Below are positions 1 through 14,184 of a DNA stretch of 64,000 nt, one piece after another. The DNA lies in NCBI GenBank assembly GCA_012295275.1, contig CM022665.1, positions 46,252,001 to 46,316,000 on the forward strand. The letters are read 5' to 3'. Position numbers and translations under genes: made by a program. A model generated the notes under the pieces. That model was not told the DNA's origin. It saw only the letters and a program-made list of their open reading frames with translations, and did not search any database. The DNA comes from Chrysomallon squamiferum. Lineage: Eukaryota; Animalia; Mollusca. Positions within the stretch are counted from its first letter, which is position 1, and each line of letters begins with the position of its first letter.

Positions 1-6
1 AGAGAG

Positions 7-37
<31 letters not shown>

Positions 38-390
38 TGAGAAAGAGAAAGAAAAACAGAGAATGAGAGGATAGAAAGAAGAACGAGATAGGGCGAAAGA
101 AGGAGAAAGAAAGAGGAAAGAAAGGCATATAGAGAGAAAGATAGTGAGAAAGAGAAAGAAAGTGAAGGCGAGAGAAAAGAAAGAAAGATGGAAAGAGAGG
201 CAGAGGGAAAGAAAATGAGAGTGAAAGAGGAAACAAAAAGGGAGAGAGAGAGAGAAAGAAAAAATAGAGAGAGAAAGAGAGGGAAAGAAGAAAGAAATGG
301 ATACAGATTGAAACAGAAAAAAAAAATATATATATATAATAATGAGAAGAAAAAACCCAGCTACAAGCAGACAAAGAAAGAAAGAAAGTA
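1..390. repeat. (AG)n / purine-rich low complexity
   Basis: Direct reading. Confidence 0.9.
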
Positions 391-544
391 ATATGATTAA
401 AAACAACAACATTGACCAGACTATTGATTGTATTATCTTCTTTTGTTAATGTGTTTTTGTCACCTGACAGACTAAATCCTCTCCCTTAATCTTTATCCTA
501 ATCTGTATTTGTCACACTGTCACAAAAATCTGTCAGCTCATTTA

Positions 545-555
545 CAGCTTTTAGT

Positions 556-588
<33 letters not shown>

Positions 589-1310
589 TACCATCTATCT
601 ACAGTATGATCAGTTATTTGTGAAAATTTATTTTAGATCATTTCTCTAAACACATTCAGAATACTTGAAAATTATTTTTTTTATTTATTATTTTGTTTTT
701 TTATGAAAGAGAAAAAACAAAGAGACATAATAGATTTAGTATATATATCAGAACTGTTGGTTTTATTTTTTACTGGAGAGCAATCTTTACTAAAAAAAAT
801 AAAGTTGATGGCTTTTGCTGAAGTTCATTTCTTTTTTTTTTTCTTTCTGTATGTCTGTAACATGATCAGTAGTTTGTGAAATGTTTATTTTTTTTTAAAA
901 GCTGTTTTTCTCTGTTTCAGCTATTCTTAATTATTTGAGAATATACTTCAAGATTATGGTTCTATTTTTTGTTTTTTTTATGATTTGATTTAGTATGTGT
1001 CAAAATGATTATTTTATTCGTTACTGGAGATCAATCTTTACTAACAATAAAGTTGACAGCTTTTACTAAACTTCACTTGTTTTTATTAACTATATGACCA
1101 TTTGTTTTTGGAAGTTATTATTATTATTTTTTTTCTTTTCTGTTTTCATCTATTCTAAATTATTTAAGAATTCTTGAATATTATTGTTTCATTTTGTTTT
1201 TTAAATGATAGTAAAAACAATTAAGCCTGAACAGATTTAGTATGCTTCAAAATGATTGTTTTGTTTGTTACTGGCAATCAACTTTTACTAACAATAAAGG
1301 TGACAATATA
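545..1310. repeat. Diverged ~250-bp tandem triplication
   Basis: Block tttagtat...ttactgg...caatctttactaa..ataaagttga recurs near 736, 990 and 1236. Confidence 0.7.
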
Positions 1311-1604
1311 ATGATTACTGGTAACAGCCATTTTTTATCTCTTTTTTTTTTTTTTTTTTTTGGTGTGCAATGATAATATCTGATCCTACAGATGAATAAT
1401 AATTAAATAAATAAAAAATACAATAAAAATTCCCCTAAAAAATGATAACAAACAAAAACATGCTGGTACATTGAATATAATTCTAATTAGTCAATAATGA
1501 TAAAAGTAAACACAACAAATAACAAAATAAAACAAAATCTTAATAAGTGTTGAAGTGCACTTACCAATAGACAAGAGAAACAAAACTGACAACACAACAT
1601 ACTG

Positions 1605-1763
1605 GAATAAAAATAAATAAATAAATAAGTAAATAAATAAATAAATAAGTAAATAACTAAACAAAGAAACAATCAAATAAACACGTAAATAAATAAATAA
1701 ATAAATAAACAAATAAAAAAAAGCAAACAAACAAACAAACAAATAAATGATGATGTAAATTAA

Positions 1764-1794
<31 letters not shown>

Positions 1795-1844
1795 GTAAAC
1801 AAAACAAACAAGCAAATAAATAAATAAACAATTAAATAAGTATG

Positions 1845-1875
<31 letters not shown>

Positions 1876-2050
1876 ATACTTAAATACATAGATAAATAAT
1901 AAAAAAATCAAACAAATAAATAAATAAATAAATAGATAGATAAATAAATGAAGTAAATTAATAAATAAACAAACAAATAAATAACTAAATAATTAAATAA
2001 AACAAACAAGCAAGTATGTAAATAATATAAAAAAATTAAATAATAAAGAG

Positions 2051-2089
<39 letters not shown>

Positions 2090-2220
2090 ACAATTAAGCA
2101 AGTAAATAAATAAACAAACAAATAAATACATAAGTAAATAAATACATTAACAAACAAATAAATATACAAACTAACAAATAAACAAACAAACAAATAAACA
2201 AACAAACAAACAAACAAATA
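1605..2220. repeat. (AAAT)n/(AAAC)n microsatellite
   Basis: Direct reading; source of the FIYL ORFs. Confidence 0.95.
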
Positions 2221-2252
2221 ATGATATTAACAAAAGGTCTCGTTCTGCTTAC

Positions 2253-2291
2253 CACCTCTGTCATCTTGTACACCTGAAGTAATTCCGAAAT
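2253..2291 (-). CDS. sol-1: 39-nt phase 1-1 exon (N)FGITSGVQDDRG, linker to the next CUB domain
   Basis: aaatttcag| acceptor and G|gtaagc donor. In frame with the previous exon. An NFGI..G.Q linker follows CUB3 in SOL-1 family proteins as I recall them. Confidence 0.85.
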
Positions 2292-3364
2292 CTGAAATTT
2301 TAAATAAACAACAGCAATTTAGTCTTAATGATTTAAATATAAAATATCATCTCAACAAAACCATGACCTATTTTTATATTAATTTTAATTAGATGTAATT
2401 TTAATATCAATACCTTTCTAATGATGTAAGTTTTTGAAATAATGATAAAACCTGAAAGAAGAATTATGCTGCTATTGTGTAAGTCAGTTTTATAAAACTG
2501 ATCTTTTATACAAATTTTCTCTTTAAATAGAAAAAACTTGTGTTTTATTATATTTGGTATTTTATATAGGAGCAACTGATTGGATTGGGAAATAGAATAA
2601 TGGGTAATTGTTAATAAATGACAAAATTCGAACAATTAATGATTTTTTAATTTTAATAATTTTAAAAATATTGTATGAATATTTAAATCTTGAAGATTTT
2701 GATTGCCATTTTAACTGTTAAATTTAAAAAAAAAAAAAAAAAAAAAAATATATATATAATATTTATATTTTGTTTTATTCATTTTCAGTTACATCATGAT
2801 TATAAATTTTGATGTATCCAAAGTTAAAAAAAAAATTATTTAAAATAATTATTTGAAATAAATTTGTTAATCTTTTTAAAACCATTTTAATGAAATTTAA
2901 AACAGTTTTTCTTTTAAGTATGACTGCAGTAACAATAACATTAGACTTAATTTTTAAAGAGGAGTCAATTTTATAGTGATTGGAAAACAGTGATTAAATG
3001 AGTCTGAAATTAAAAAATAAACATTTTTAAAGTGATTGGAAACAGTGACAAAAATAAGTCCTGATTTTTAAAAATAGATATTTTTTTTTATAGTGATTGA
3101 AATGGCAATAATATTAGTCTCGAAATTCTAAAATAAACACTTTTACACTGATTGCATGGCAATGAAGTCAGTCTGAAAAGCTGAAAGCAGACATTTTTGT
3201 TACAGCAACTGCAATGTTATTAACATTAGTCTCAAATTTTGAAAATAAAATCCACAAAAAAAAAAAAAACCCTCTTAAGAAAATTAAAAAACCAAAAAAA
3301 ACCAAACAAACATATTATTTGTTTTTTTGTTTTTTTTGGGGGGGGGAGCTATGATAATAATATC

Positions 3365-3615
3365 AGTCTCAAAAATTGTAAAACTGAAAGTTTTCACTGT
3401 TATTGCAATTTGATTGGTTTTAAATTTAAAAACTTTATTTTTTTTTTCCACTTAGTCTTAAAAATCGAAAACTGAAAAAATTTAGTTTTCACTGTTATTG
3501 CAATTTGATTGGCTTTAAATTTTTTTTTTTTTTTTTCCCTCTTAATCTTAAAAATTGTAAAACTGAAAAAATTAAGTTTTCACTGTTATTGCAGTTTGAT
3601 TGGTTTTAAATTTAA
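3365..3615. repeat. Three copies of a ~90-110-bp unit
   Basis: aaaactgaaa..agttttcactgttattgcaatttgattgg(t/c)tttaaattt occurs three times. Confidence 0.85.
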
Positions 3616-3679
3616 TTTTTTTTTTTTTTTTTTAAATTTTTTTAAAAATTAAATATTCAGGGGTTTTTTCTCAACTTAC

Positions 3680-3870
3680 TTGTAACAAAACTGTATTTTG
3701 CTTCGAATCCTGTTACCGACTGTGACGGTTGAATGCTCCGGAATTCCACGGTCATTTTCGCTTCGTTGGACATCAGCTTTGGTGGCAGCCTCTTTCCGCA
3801 GTAAGTGTCCAGAATTTCGTTTTTCCCGTTTAAAGTTATCGAAACAATAACAGAATCTGAACCAGCGCAG
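3680..3870 (-). CDS. sol-1: SOL-1-like exon for the C-half of that CUB domain
   Basis: ttggttttcaag| (AAG) acceptor and A|gtaagt donor; 191 nt, phase 2 to 1: CAGSDSVIVSITLNGKNEILDTYCGKRLPPKLMSNEAKMTVEFRSIQPSQSVTGFEAKYSFVT, with the CUB YCG and GF.A.Y motifs. Confidence 0.94.
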
Positions 3871-4175
3871 CTTGAAAACCAATGGGAAAAAAAAAAATTA
3901 AAAATTAAAAAAAAAAAAAAAACACACAGACAAATCAGTCTCAAGCAAGTTTCTGAGTCATTTGTTTCTTTATTTATACAAATGTATTTGTCTCTTGAGG
4001 TTTTGGGGGAAATAAAAAAAAAAAAAATAAAAACAATTTGGTGAAGGGAAATTTAAAGTTAAATAAATAAATAAAGAAATAAATGAAAAAAAAAATGGAA
4101 GACATATCCAATTTGTTTTTATTTTTATTTTTTCCTATGAAGCCTGCATTGGATGTCTTTCTTTTTATTTTATTT

Positions 4176-4211
<36 letters not shown>

Positions 4212-4444
4212 TATTTTATTTATTCGTGTGGTGTTAAAAACGAGTTAGAGATTCCATTACAAATGGAGCTGAAGAAAAAGGAGAAGAATGAAAAAGCAAT
4301 TTCCTTGCTTCTATTTCGCTGTCAGTGAAGAGAGAGACAGAGAGAGAGAGAGAGAGACAGAGAGCAGTTTTTGTGCTGTGAGGAAATAGAATTCCAGCTA
4401 ACTTCGTGTTTAATCAATATTTGACAGAGTCTGGACTCTAATAG

Positions 4445-4895
4445 ATATCACTGGCTAATCCTTTGGCTATCAAATGGCTATCTGTGGCTAATCCTTTGGG
4501 TATCAAATGGCTATCAAATTAGCTTTAAATGGCTGATGGAAGGCTATCAAAATGGCTTTTTGTGGCTGTCAGAATTGCTATCACTGGCTATCAAATTAAC
4601 TTTAAATACCTAATACAATATATATCTGTGGCAAATATATGATATCAAAAATGGCTATCTGTGGCTAATCCTTTATGTATGAAATATCTAATCCTTTGTG
4701 TCTAATCCTTTGGGTATCAAATGTCTATTTGTGTCTAATCCTTTGGGTATCAAATGCATGTCAAAACAGTGACTATCAAAATAGCTATCTATAACCAATC
4801 CAAGGCTATCAAAATGGATATCTTTGGCTAATGCGTGACTATCAAAATGACTATCAATTGCAAATCCTTGGCTATCAAATACTTTTGGTGGCTAA
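4445..4895. repeat. Degenerate minisatellite (tggctatcaaa / gctaatcctttggg)
   Basis: Recurring short motifs. Confidence 0.8.
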
Positions 4896-5575
4896 AAGAT
4901 ATATCATATAACATATCTTATTTTCAATCACTGGATTGGAACGAGAAAAACTGTAGCAGATCTACTGATTTGGGCACATAAATAACATTTCTTTATTTTC
5001 AGTCTCTGGTTGGAATAGGAAAAAACGTCAACAGATCTACTGATCAGAGCAAACACTTGTACCCAGACTGATTAAAATGGTCAAAAATATAAAACCTATT
5101 GTATTTCCGTCTAATGATTTCAGCTGAGATCAGAAGGAACATCGCAACAGAAACCCATGCATCAATAACAGTGACGTTTAAAAGGAATCGGCAATCACTG
5201 GTAATGACCGCAAATTCACCCAGCAGTGTCGCAGAAGGCGTCAGTGCAGCGATGGATCATCTGAACACAGTAAATGTCAGCAAAGAGCAGAAAAGGACCA
5301 GAAAATGCTGGTTTAGAAAATGCTGGTTTCAGATGACCCACCCCCATTAACTGGGTATCTTGTTGCTGTGATAGAATTTACTGTTGGTATTTTTGTCGGT
5401 ATCTTTTTGTTAAAACAGATTAATTATTTATTTCGGAAACTGTATTCAGTGTATGTGCAAAGTGTTTGAATTTGATTTAAATGAAAGTCTTTCTAATTAA
5501 AAATGTTCTTCTTTATTTAGTTTTATATAATATATATATACATGTGAGTGTGTGTGTGTGTATCTGTGTATATAC

Positions 5576-5608
<33 letters not shown>

Positions 5609-6189
5609 TGTATGTATGTATGTGTGTGTGTGTGTGTGTGTATGTATAATATGTATGTATAAATATATATAAATCTCCCTAAAATATATATTATTGTTAG
5701 AAAAGTAGCAAAAAATAATATCTTTTCATTATAACAAAATAAATAAATAAATAAATAAATGATTAAAATAATATATTCAACAATGACAGTGTGAATATAT
5801 ACACACATACATACATACATATATATATATATAAAGAGAAGAAAAGATAATGAAAAAAGAAAGAAAGAAAGAAAGATAAGAAGAAAAAGAAACACAGAAA
5901 GGCAACTTAAAAGATTATTATTATTGTTATTGTTGTAGTTGTTGCTATTATTAATGTTGTTGTTGTAATTAATAATATCATTAATATTATTATTATTATT
6001 ATTATTATTATTATCATCATAACTATTATTACAAAATCAGACCTAAAAACCCACACACAGACAAAAAAAATGAAAAAACCACACACACACAAACAGACAG
6101 ACAGACAGAGAGACACACACCGACAGACAGACAGACAGACAGACAGACACACACACACAGACACAGACAGACAGACAGACGTAACTTAC

Positions 6190-6385
6190 TCGACTGGTTT
6201 CAGCGGGTCCCCGGCCGGGTAGTGCAGGTCCATGTGTTTGAAGTGCAGCTGCACCCGCTCGCGCCCCACCCCATGGAACGAGTAGCGACAGACGATGTCC
6301 GCAGGGTAGGATTGTGGGTAAAACGGACTCGTTATCGTCCCATTTTTACTTGTTATGCTTCGAATTACCTCATTGCAGTGGAATT
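6190..6385 (-). CDS. sol-1: SOL-1-like exon for the N-half of the next CUB domain (probably CUB3)
   Basis: tattatttcag| acceptor and GA|gtaagt donor; 196 nt, phase 1 to 2: (E)FHCNEVIRSITSKNGTITSPFYPQSYPADIVCRYSFHGVGRERVQLHFKHMDLHYPAGDPLKPV(D). Not in the ORF track. Confidence 0.95.
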
Positions 6386-7107
6386 CTGAAATAATAAAAA
6401 AAAAAAAAAAAAAAATAAATAAATAAATAAAATTATAAAAAATTTAAAATTTTTAAAAATTTTTAAATTTATGATGATGATGATGATAATTTGCAGTGAC
6501 GATGTAGTAATGTTGTTGTTGCTGCTGCTGTTCTTGCTGCTCTGAAAGATGATGATGATGATGCTGAAAGTGATTATGTTGTTGTTGTTAGTTAGGACTG
6601 TAATTAATGATGGTAATAATTTTCACACACACACACATTGCACATATACATATATGAAATACATATATATATATACATTCATTAGGGTTAGGTCTAGGGT
6701 TACATGCACATGCATGCAACCATATATACATACATACATACATACATACATACATACATACATACATACAAACATACATACACACATACATACATACACA
6801 TACATACATACATACATACATACATACATACACACATATACACACACATACACACACACACATACATACAAACACACATACATACATACATATACACACA
6901 TTACACATACATACATTATACATACATACATACATATATACATACACACATACATTCAAACATACATACATTACACAGACACATACATTCACACAAACAA
7001 ACATACATACACACACACACAGACCTCAGAAAGAATGTGAGATTTGAACATGTATACACACATGTTCAATATATATATATATATGTATATATAAATATAT
7101 TATTATA

Positions 7108-7271
7108 TACTCAGAGGTTATTAATTTCTCTCCCACTGTGTCACTACTTCACTTTGATAAACAGCACAGAACACACCACAGCAGCTGATAACAGTAGTCT
7201 AATGGACGTCTGGTTGTCTGGGGGAAACTCAGACCACCAGACAGGCAGTAACAAGACATGACAAATATCTC
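7108..7271. repeat. 164-bp dispersed duplicate, copy 1, with internal hairpin 7208-7242
   Basis: Matches 9045-9208 with 4 substitutions by manual alignment. Confidence 0.95.
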
Positions 7272-7921
7272 TCTCCACACCCCCCCCCCCCCACACATTG
7301 CTGCTTTCAGACTTCAAAGAATCTATTACTAAAATACTTTTCACTCATAAAAAAACAAACATTATCTCATACATATCTAACACTGGTAGTCAGATACTAA
7401 AGATTTTCATGAGAAGGGAATTGTAACAGCAAAACATATTATTGTCAAAAAATGAAAAAAATGAAAAATAAAATTGAACAAAATTAAAATGTTCTGTTTG
7501 ATTTTTTTTAAATTTAATTTTTTTTAAAATAATTTTACATTATTTATAACACAGAAATCAGAAAGTTTTAAAATGATATAACTGTAAAATAAATAAAGAA
7601 AAAAATAAATAATACAAATTTAATAAAACAAATAAGACAGAAATAAAAAAATAAAAAAATTCTCTGTGACTTTCTGTATACATGGTTTGTATCACAAGTT
7701 GATTATCTCTGACCTGGCAAGTGAGTTAAACTCACTGCTCACCGCTCACTGCTCACAGCAAATATTGATTGGGATGAGTTTCCTCGACAAACGAATAAAA
7801 CCCAATTCCATGTATATCTTGCTTTCAAATATCTCTTAAGAAGATCTACGAACATCATTTTAACCATAGACTGGTGCGTAAAGACTTAGTTATATTGAAT
7901 CTGTTTTAATACTATACCCAC

Positions 7922-7966
<45 letters not shown>

Positions 7967-8764
7967 ACAGACACACACACACTACACACACACACACATT
8001 ACACACAGACACACACACACAGACCCACAAACACAGACTACACACACACAGACACACACACACTACACACACACTACACACAGACACACACAACACACTA
8101 CACATACACACTACACACACACACAGATACACACATACACACATGTTATTAGAAATATCATCATTCATGCACAAAATATAAATTAAATTAATGTACATTC
8201 AAACATCTCTTTACATTCTTGATATACAGTTTTACACATACACAGTGGAGCATAGGATAATGTTAAAAATTTAAATATCTGTATTATTAGTATAACCATT
8301 TACTATTAGACACACACACTATTAGACATACCATTATTAATGCACAGTGTGATTTGAATATATATAATAATACACAGTGGTATGTGAAAAATGTAAAAAA
8401 ATAATAATTACATTAAATCACTGTATTATTGCTATAACTAGGATACATATACATACAGAGGTATTCAAAATACCATCATTAATCAGCAATGTGATTAAGA
8501 CTGATATATGTCATTATGCAGTATATTTTATTATGTTTATGCTGTTGAATATGTTACACTAAATGATATTACAAATACACAGCAATGTTAACTTTGCTTT
8601 ATCTCACATTATATTCTATAACATTACATGTGTAAATATAAGCATTTTATTACTATATACTGTATGATATTAATTTGTTTTAAATATATAAGAACATCAA
8701 TTTGATTTAAGTTTGACAAATAACAATTGACATTAGACAAGAATTATTTTAATATATTTATGTA

Positions 8765-8805
<41 letters not shown>

Positions 8806-9044
8806 ATATATGTAAGTACATATGTATGTATGTATGTATGTATGTATGTGTATATATATGTATGTATGTATTATAAGAGAAATCTTTTTTTTTTTTTGCT
8901 TTTTTGTATGTATGTAAATGTAAAAAAAAGAACACACACTAATTTTGTTATATATATATATTTTTTTTTGAGGTATATATATATATTTATATAATAGATA
9001 TAGATATAGATATATATGTATATGAAGTAAAAGTAATTATTATC

Positions 9045-9208
9045 TACTCAGAGGTTATTAATTTCTCTCCCAGTGTGTGACTACTTCACTTTGATAAACA
9101 GCACAGAACACACCACAGCAGCTGATAACAGTAGTCTAATGGACGTCTGGTTGTCTGGGGGAAACTCAGACTACCAGACAGGCAGTAATAAGACATGACA
9201 AATATCTC
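9045..9208. repeat. 164-bp dispersed duplicate, copy 2
   Basis: Matches 7108-7271; offset 1937 bp. Confidence 0.95.
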
Positions 9209-9227
9209 CACGTGGAGCACCTGGGGG

Positions 9228-9262
<35 letters not shown>

Positions 9263-9708
9263 ATTGAAAAAATGTCTCCCATTCGGACTTGGAGTCTGGA
9301 GGGACACAGGGATAGGAAATGAAGGAGGGGAAGAGATGCTTTAGAGCTGGGTTCCCTGGGGAGAATGAGTGACAAGTTCTGGGCTGATGTTAAGACAAAT
9401 GAGAGAGAGAGAGAGAGAGAGAGAGAATTAACCAATGCCAAGTGAGATATCTGAGTTAGCTAACACACAGGAGGCGAGATAAATGTCTGTACTACTTGAC
9501 CCACGCTTAAGTACAGTAATGTATATGATATTTATATATATATATAGATATATATATATCTGACTCATTTTCTGTTTCTCTCTCTCTCTTGAGGACAATT
9601 AAGTATATGATTTTTATATATCTCACTCGTTTTGTCTCTCTCACTTGTGTACAGTTATGTATATGATATTTAAATATCTCACACATTTTCTTTCTTAACT
9701 GACTAATA

Positions 9709-9909
9709 CATCAACATCAAACTAGTTTAGTGACCATCAACATCAAACTAGTTTAGTGACCATCAACACCGAACTAGTTCAGTGACCATCAATATTAAAC
9801 TAGTTTAGTGTCCATCAACACCAAACTAGTTTAGTGTCCATCAACACCAAACTAGTTCAGTGACCATCAACACCAAACTAGTTTAGTGAGTTTTAACACC
9901 AAACTAGTT

Positions 9910-9910
<1 letters not shown>
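9709..9910. repeat. 26-bp minisatellite catcaacaccaaactagtttagtgac, about 8 copies
   Basis: Period 26; contains the palindrome aaactagttt. Confidence 0.93.
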
Positions 9911-9945
<35 letters not shown>

Positions 9946-11697
9946 TAATAATACCACTACCAAAAACCTATGAAAGTAAACGAAAAAAAAAAATTCCAAA
10001 AAAAAAAAAAAAAAACCCAAAAGGATCTGTAACAAAGTAAGTAACTTTGAGTAGAGATTACAGACAAGATGATTACAGATGAAAAGCTGAAGTAATAATA
10101 CAAACAGCTTTAAAAAAAAAAAAAAAAAAAAAAATGGCTGCCATACACAGCAAAAATCCACTTCATCAGCTGATAAACATTTTGTCGCAGACCTCAAACA
10201 TGTCAAGGCAGGACTAATATAACGAACACTCACTTTTATGAAAATCAATCTCAAGAGATCTGACAACTTACCACAAATTTTCATTAAGTCTCTTTAAGCC
10301 TCCATGTTGCAATATTGCTAACTCTCTGAACGGGAGAGTTCCACTGCAAACACAGATAACTCCAGCACGACCACAAAGTGAAACCCTTGGAGCCATTTTA
10401 ATTGGTGAAACATTACTTTTGGGAATAAGACACAGCATTAATATCTGGTTTTTATTAAACAGGAGATTTTTGTTTGAAAGTGAGACTGTCACCAGGGGTG
10501 GGATTATTTCTGGGTATTTGTTGATGTCGTTCTGAGATGTAAACATTCCATTAGGATATTGAAAAAAAAAAATGGCTGCCATGACAGTATTTATTATTTG
10601 TTATTGTTATTTGTTATTACAAGATGAATAACAATCTACATATTGCGATTTATAGATTTTATAAGATAATGATAAATAAAGAGATAGAGATAGAGATAGA
10701 GATAGAGATATAGATAGAGATATAGATAGAGATATAGATAGAGATAGAGATATACAGATATACATACACACACACATTAAATTAAATAAATGGCTTGTTT
10801 TTTTTTTACTAATTTAAACATACAAAAAATTTAGAATACTATTTTCTAAATCAAAAGAAAAACAGACAAATATTTGTATCTAAATGGTGTTGCCACTGCT
10901 GAACAGTTGGTTAGTCTTTTTTCTTTTTTTTATCTAGTTGTCCTATTTAGGATATTTAAATATTTTTAAATGTAATATCTTTCTTTGATTAATGAAATCT
11001 GTATATCTAACTTTAAAATCAAGTTTTGTTGAAAATCAAGTTTGTTTTTCCAGAAAAAAAGAAGGTAATCAACAACATTTATAAAACAAACAATATATTT
11101 CTTGTCTTTTCACATGTAATAAAGACTTGATAGTTATCTTAATAACATCTTTAACAAAAAATAGTTGTGAAGATAGAGATATTTTACTGACAAATTTTTA
11201 TAAAAGATGTCAAAGATACAAGGCAATATATTTTGGAGATAAAATGAAGGAAAAAAAAAAAAAAAAACAGAAGAAGAGAAAATGTCAGCAATCTTTAGGG
11301 AATGTACAGGTGTCTTTACTGAAAAGAATGTTTTTGAAAAGCAGATAAAAAAAACCCCACAAAAAACACTAAACAGAATTCTTTTGACAATTCTAAACGA
11401 AAGGTCATAAAATGTCAATACAGTCTTGTTTTGTTTAAAAACATCCCCAGAACTTATTGATTACAAGTAGTGGATTTTTAAAATGATCTGCTGCAGTGGA
11501 CTGAAGAATATTTCAATCTGTTGATTTTACAGACCATCAACGAATTAATGAATGAATATTTGATGAATCATATCTTAACGTTTTTTTTAATATTAATGAT
11601 TATAAGGTATCAAATATATATATCTATATATCTATATATCTATCTATATATATATTTATTTATATATATATATATCTATATCTAATCTATATATACA

Positions 11698-11751
<54 letters not shown>

Positions 11752-11793
11752 CTACTACTACTACTACTAATAATGATGATGATGAAGGATAAT

Positions 11794-11900
11794 GAAAAAG
11801 AAAACTTCCTGCCACCATTGCATAAGTTACCCTTTTCAGTTACCAACAAGGGATCTTTTAGTAAAGTGCAGTTTGTTGAAGATAGGAAAATACATACAGA
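11794..11900 (-). mobile_element. Decayed tRNA-derived SINE core remnant (Meta-domain-like)
   Basis: gaaaacttcctgccaccattgcataagttacccttttcagttaccaacaagggatctttta resembles the reverse strand of the molluscan SINE core as recalled (ggaaacccgctgtcgccac..catgggctactcttttcgattagcagcaagggatctttta). No database search was run. Confidence 0.55.
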
Positions 11901-12069
11901 ATGATAATTTAAAATGAAAAATATTGTATTTTAAAAGTTAGTTGACAGCTGGTTAAGTTGATGTCTCCATTGAGTTTTTATTAAGTGTTCTAAATCAGAT
12001 ATTTTTATCAGTTCAATAATATGTGAATTCAGCTACAGTGATATAGAGAGTATTCTAATGGCTATTAAA

Positions 12070-12535
12070 TATTACTGCTGCTACTACTACTATTACAACT
12101 AGTAATAGTATTATAAGTATTAGTAGTAGTAGTAGTAGTAGTAGTAATAATAATAATAATAATAGTACTAATAGTAGTAGTAGTAGTAGTAGTAATAATA
12201 ACAATAACAAGAATAAAATTAAAAATAACAACCCCAATAACAGTAATAATAATAATAATAATAATTGTAACAATAACAATAAATGTTTTTAATAACAACA
12301 ATAATGAGAATATTAAAAATAATAACCACAATAACAGTAATAATAATAATAATAGTTATAATAACAACAAAATAATAGTAACAACAATGAGAATAATATT
12401 AAAGATAATAACCATAACAACAGTAATAATAATAATAGTACTAACAACAACAACAACAACAATAATAAAAGAACAACAACAACAACAACCACCAGAATAT
12501 CAGTAACAACAACAACAACAACAACAACTACAATG
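12070..12535. repeat. (AGT)n/(AAT)n/(AAC)n trinucleotide repeats
   Basis: Direct reading. Confidence 0.9.
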
Positions 12536-12587
12536 GCTGAAGCCTATTTTCAACATGTGTACAAGCTATTCCTATCAGTAACGTTTT

Positions 12588-12640
<53 letters not shown>

Positions 12641-13281
12641 ACATATTCCTCGATTGTCCAGTCATAGGAGGAAGAAGTTGGTGAATGTGTTTATCAGTAA
12701 GAAATCACTCGACAACCAGCTGATTCAATCGAGATTTCCAATACCTCTTCAATTACTGCGACAGAACCACACACTGTCAGCTTCATCACCCGCATGTGTT
12801 GTTCTTTTCTCCCCCCACTCCCCCTCCTCCTCTGCTGCAGAGAGGTTCACTTTTATTAATGAGTTTGAGGTTTTATTTCAGGTTTAACAAGACGAATGTG
12901 AGCAAATTTGTTACTCTGTTGTTTTTGTGTGTATTTTTGAATTAGTGTTATGTTTTGAATTTTAAATTAATGGAAGTTTTTTTTTTTTTTTTTTTGTGGT
13001 TTTTAGAAATATTTATAATTTTTTTAAAAATCTAGGAAAATTTTGTTAAAGGGTTATTGATAGAAATTAAAAAAAAATATTTTGTAAATTTTAATTTATT
13101 TTTCAAAATGGTAGATATTCTAACTAAAGTCATGTCCATATATTTTAATTTTAGTCTGTATTTTTCTTTTATTTATTAAAATAAAGTTTTAATTTTAAAA
13201 TGAATAAAAATTAATCTTTTACAAGTTATAAATATTTTTAATTCCAAAAATATATAAATTTGTTAAAAATCATTAATAAAG

Positions 13282-13314
<33 letters not shown>

Positions 13315-13873
13315 AATTTCACAATGATAGACATTCTCACTTACATTATAAGACAATTAATTTTCAAAATCCAGAACATTTAAAAGTTTTTTTATAAAAA
13401 TAATTAATTTTTAAAACTTCTTTCAAAATGGCCGACATCCTGACCAAAGTCATGTGCATCAAAATGTACACATCAGTCTACCATTGTCCGTATTTCCAGT
13501 GTCTGTCAGTTCACACTAGACAAATAACTCCTGACAGAAAGAAAAAAAAAAAACCAACAACAACAACAACAGCGTATTGTTACGTGACATTGCTGTTGCG
13601 ACTACTTCAAAGATCAAAGCTTTCATTAGTCCTAACAGTATTATTAGTGATGTCTGGAACCTTCGCATCTGTTTAAAACGTAAATTACAACATTTCACAA
13701 GTCTGTCTGTGTTAAATTAATCATTGTGACCAAAGATTCTCTTAACAATTCTGAGATATTTATATGTGACCTTGATGATGTGGTATTTGAGCTTTATAAC
13801 AAACAAAAAACCAGAAAAAAAATAATTTTTTTTTTTTTTTTTATAAATAAAACATCATTATAAAGCAAACAGA

Positions 13874-13911
<38 letters not shown>

Positions 13912-14184
13912 TCTGACTTTGAGAAATTAGTGGTGTGAAGTTGTAATTAAATTCTGAAAAAAAAATTATATTTAGAGAAAAATTGAAATGGTTGATGAAG
14001 TTGATGGGTTATTTGTTAAAAAGTTAAAAAAAAAAAAAAAACAAGAAAAAACAGAATGAAGAAAAGAAAGAAAAAAGAAAGTAGTAGAAGAAAAAAGAAA
14101 AAAGAAAGAAGAAAGAAGAAAAGAAAAGAAAATTAAAAAAATTAAATTTGTTTATACATATATACTGCATTAATATGTATGTGA

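Noticed and set aside
6682-6702. Telomere-like ttaggg ttaggt ctaggg
   Set aside because: Only three imperfect units.
7185-7242. Hammerhead ribozyme in the duplicated element (CTGATAA...GAAAC)
   Set aside because: Lacks CUGANGA and the required three-stem arrangement.
7720-7760. Palindrome agtgagtt-a-aactcact and four tandem GTGAG donor-like motifs
   Set aside because: Explained as a 7-bp micro-repeat; no good acceptor upstream.
10268-10582. 104-aa ORF and strong G|GTAAGT donor at 10271 (possible alternative first exon MKIC)
   Set aside because: No recognisable domain. The phase-1 frame has a stop just upstream and would encode no signal peptide, so there is no support beyond the donor.
12745-12755. 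11-nt microexon-like segment (cag|TAATTGAAGAG|gtattg)
   Set aside because: Weak donor; phase 1 to 0 with no partner found to restore the frame.
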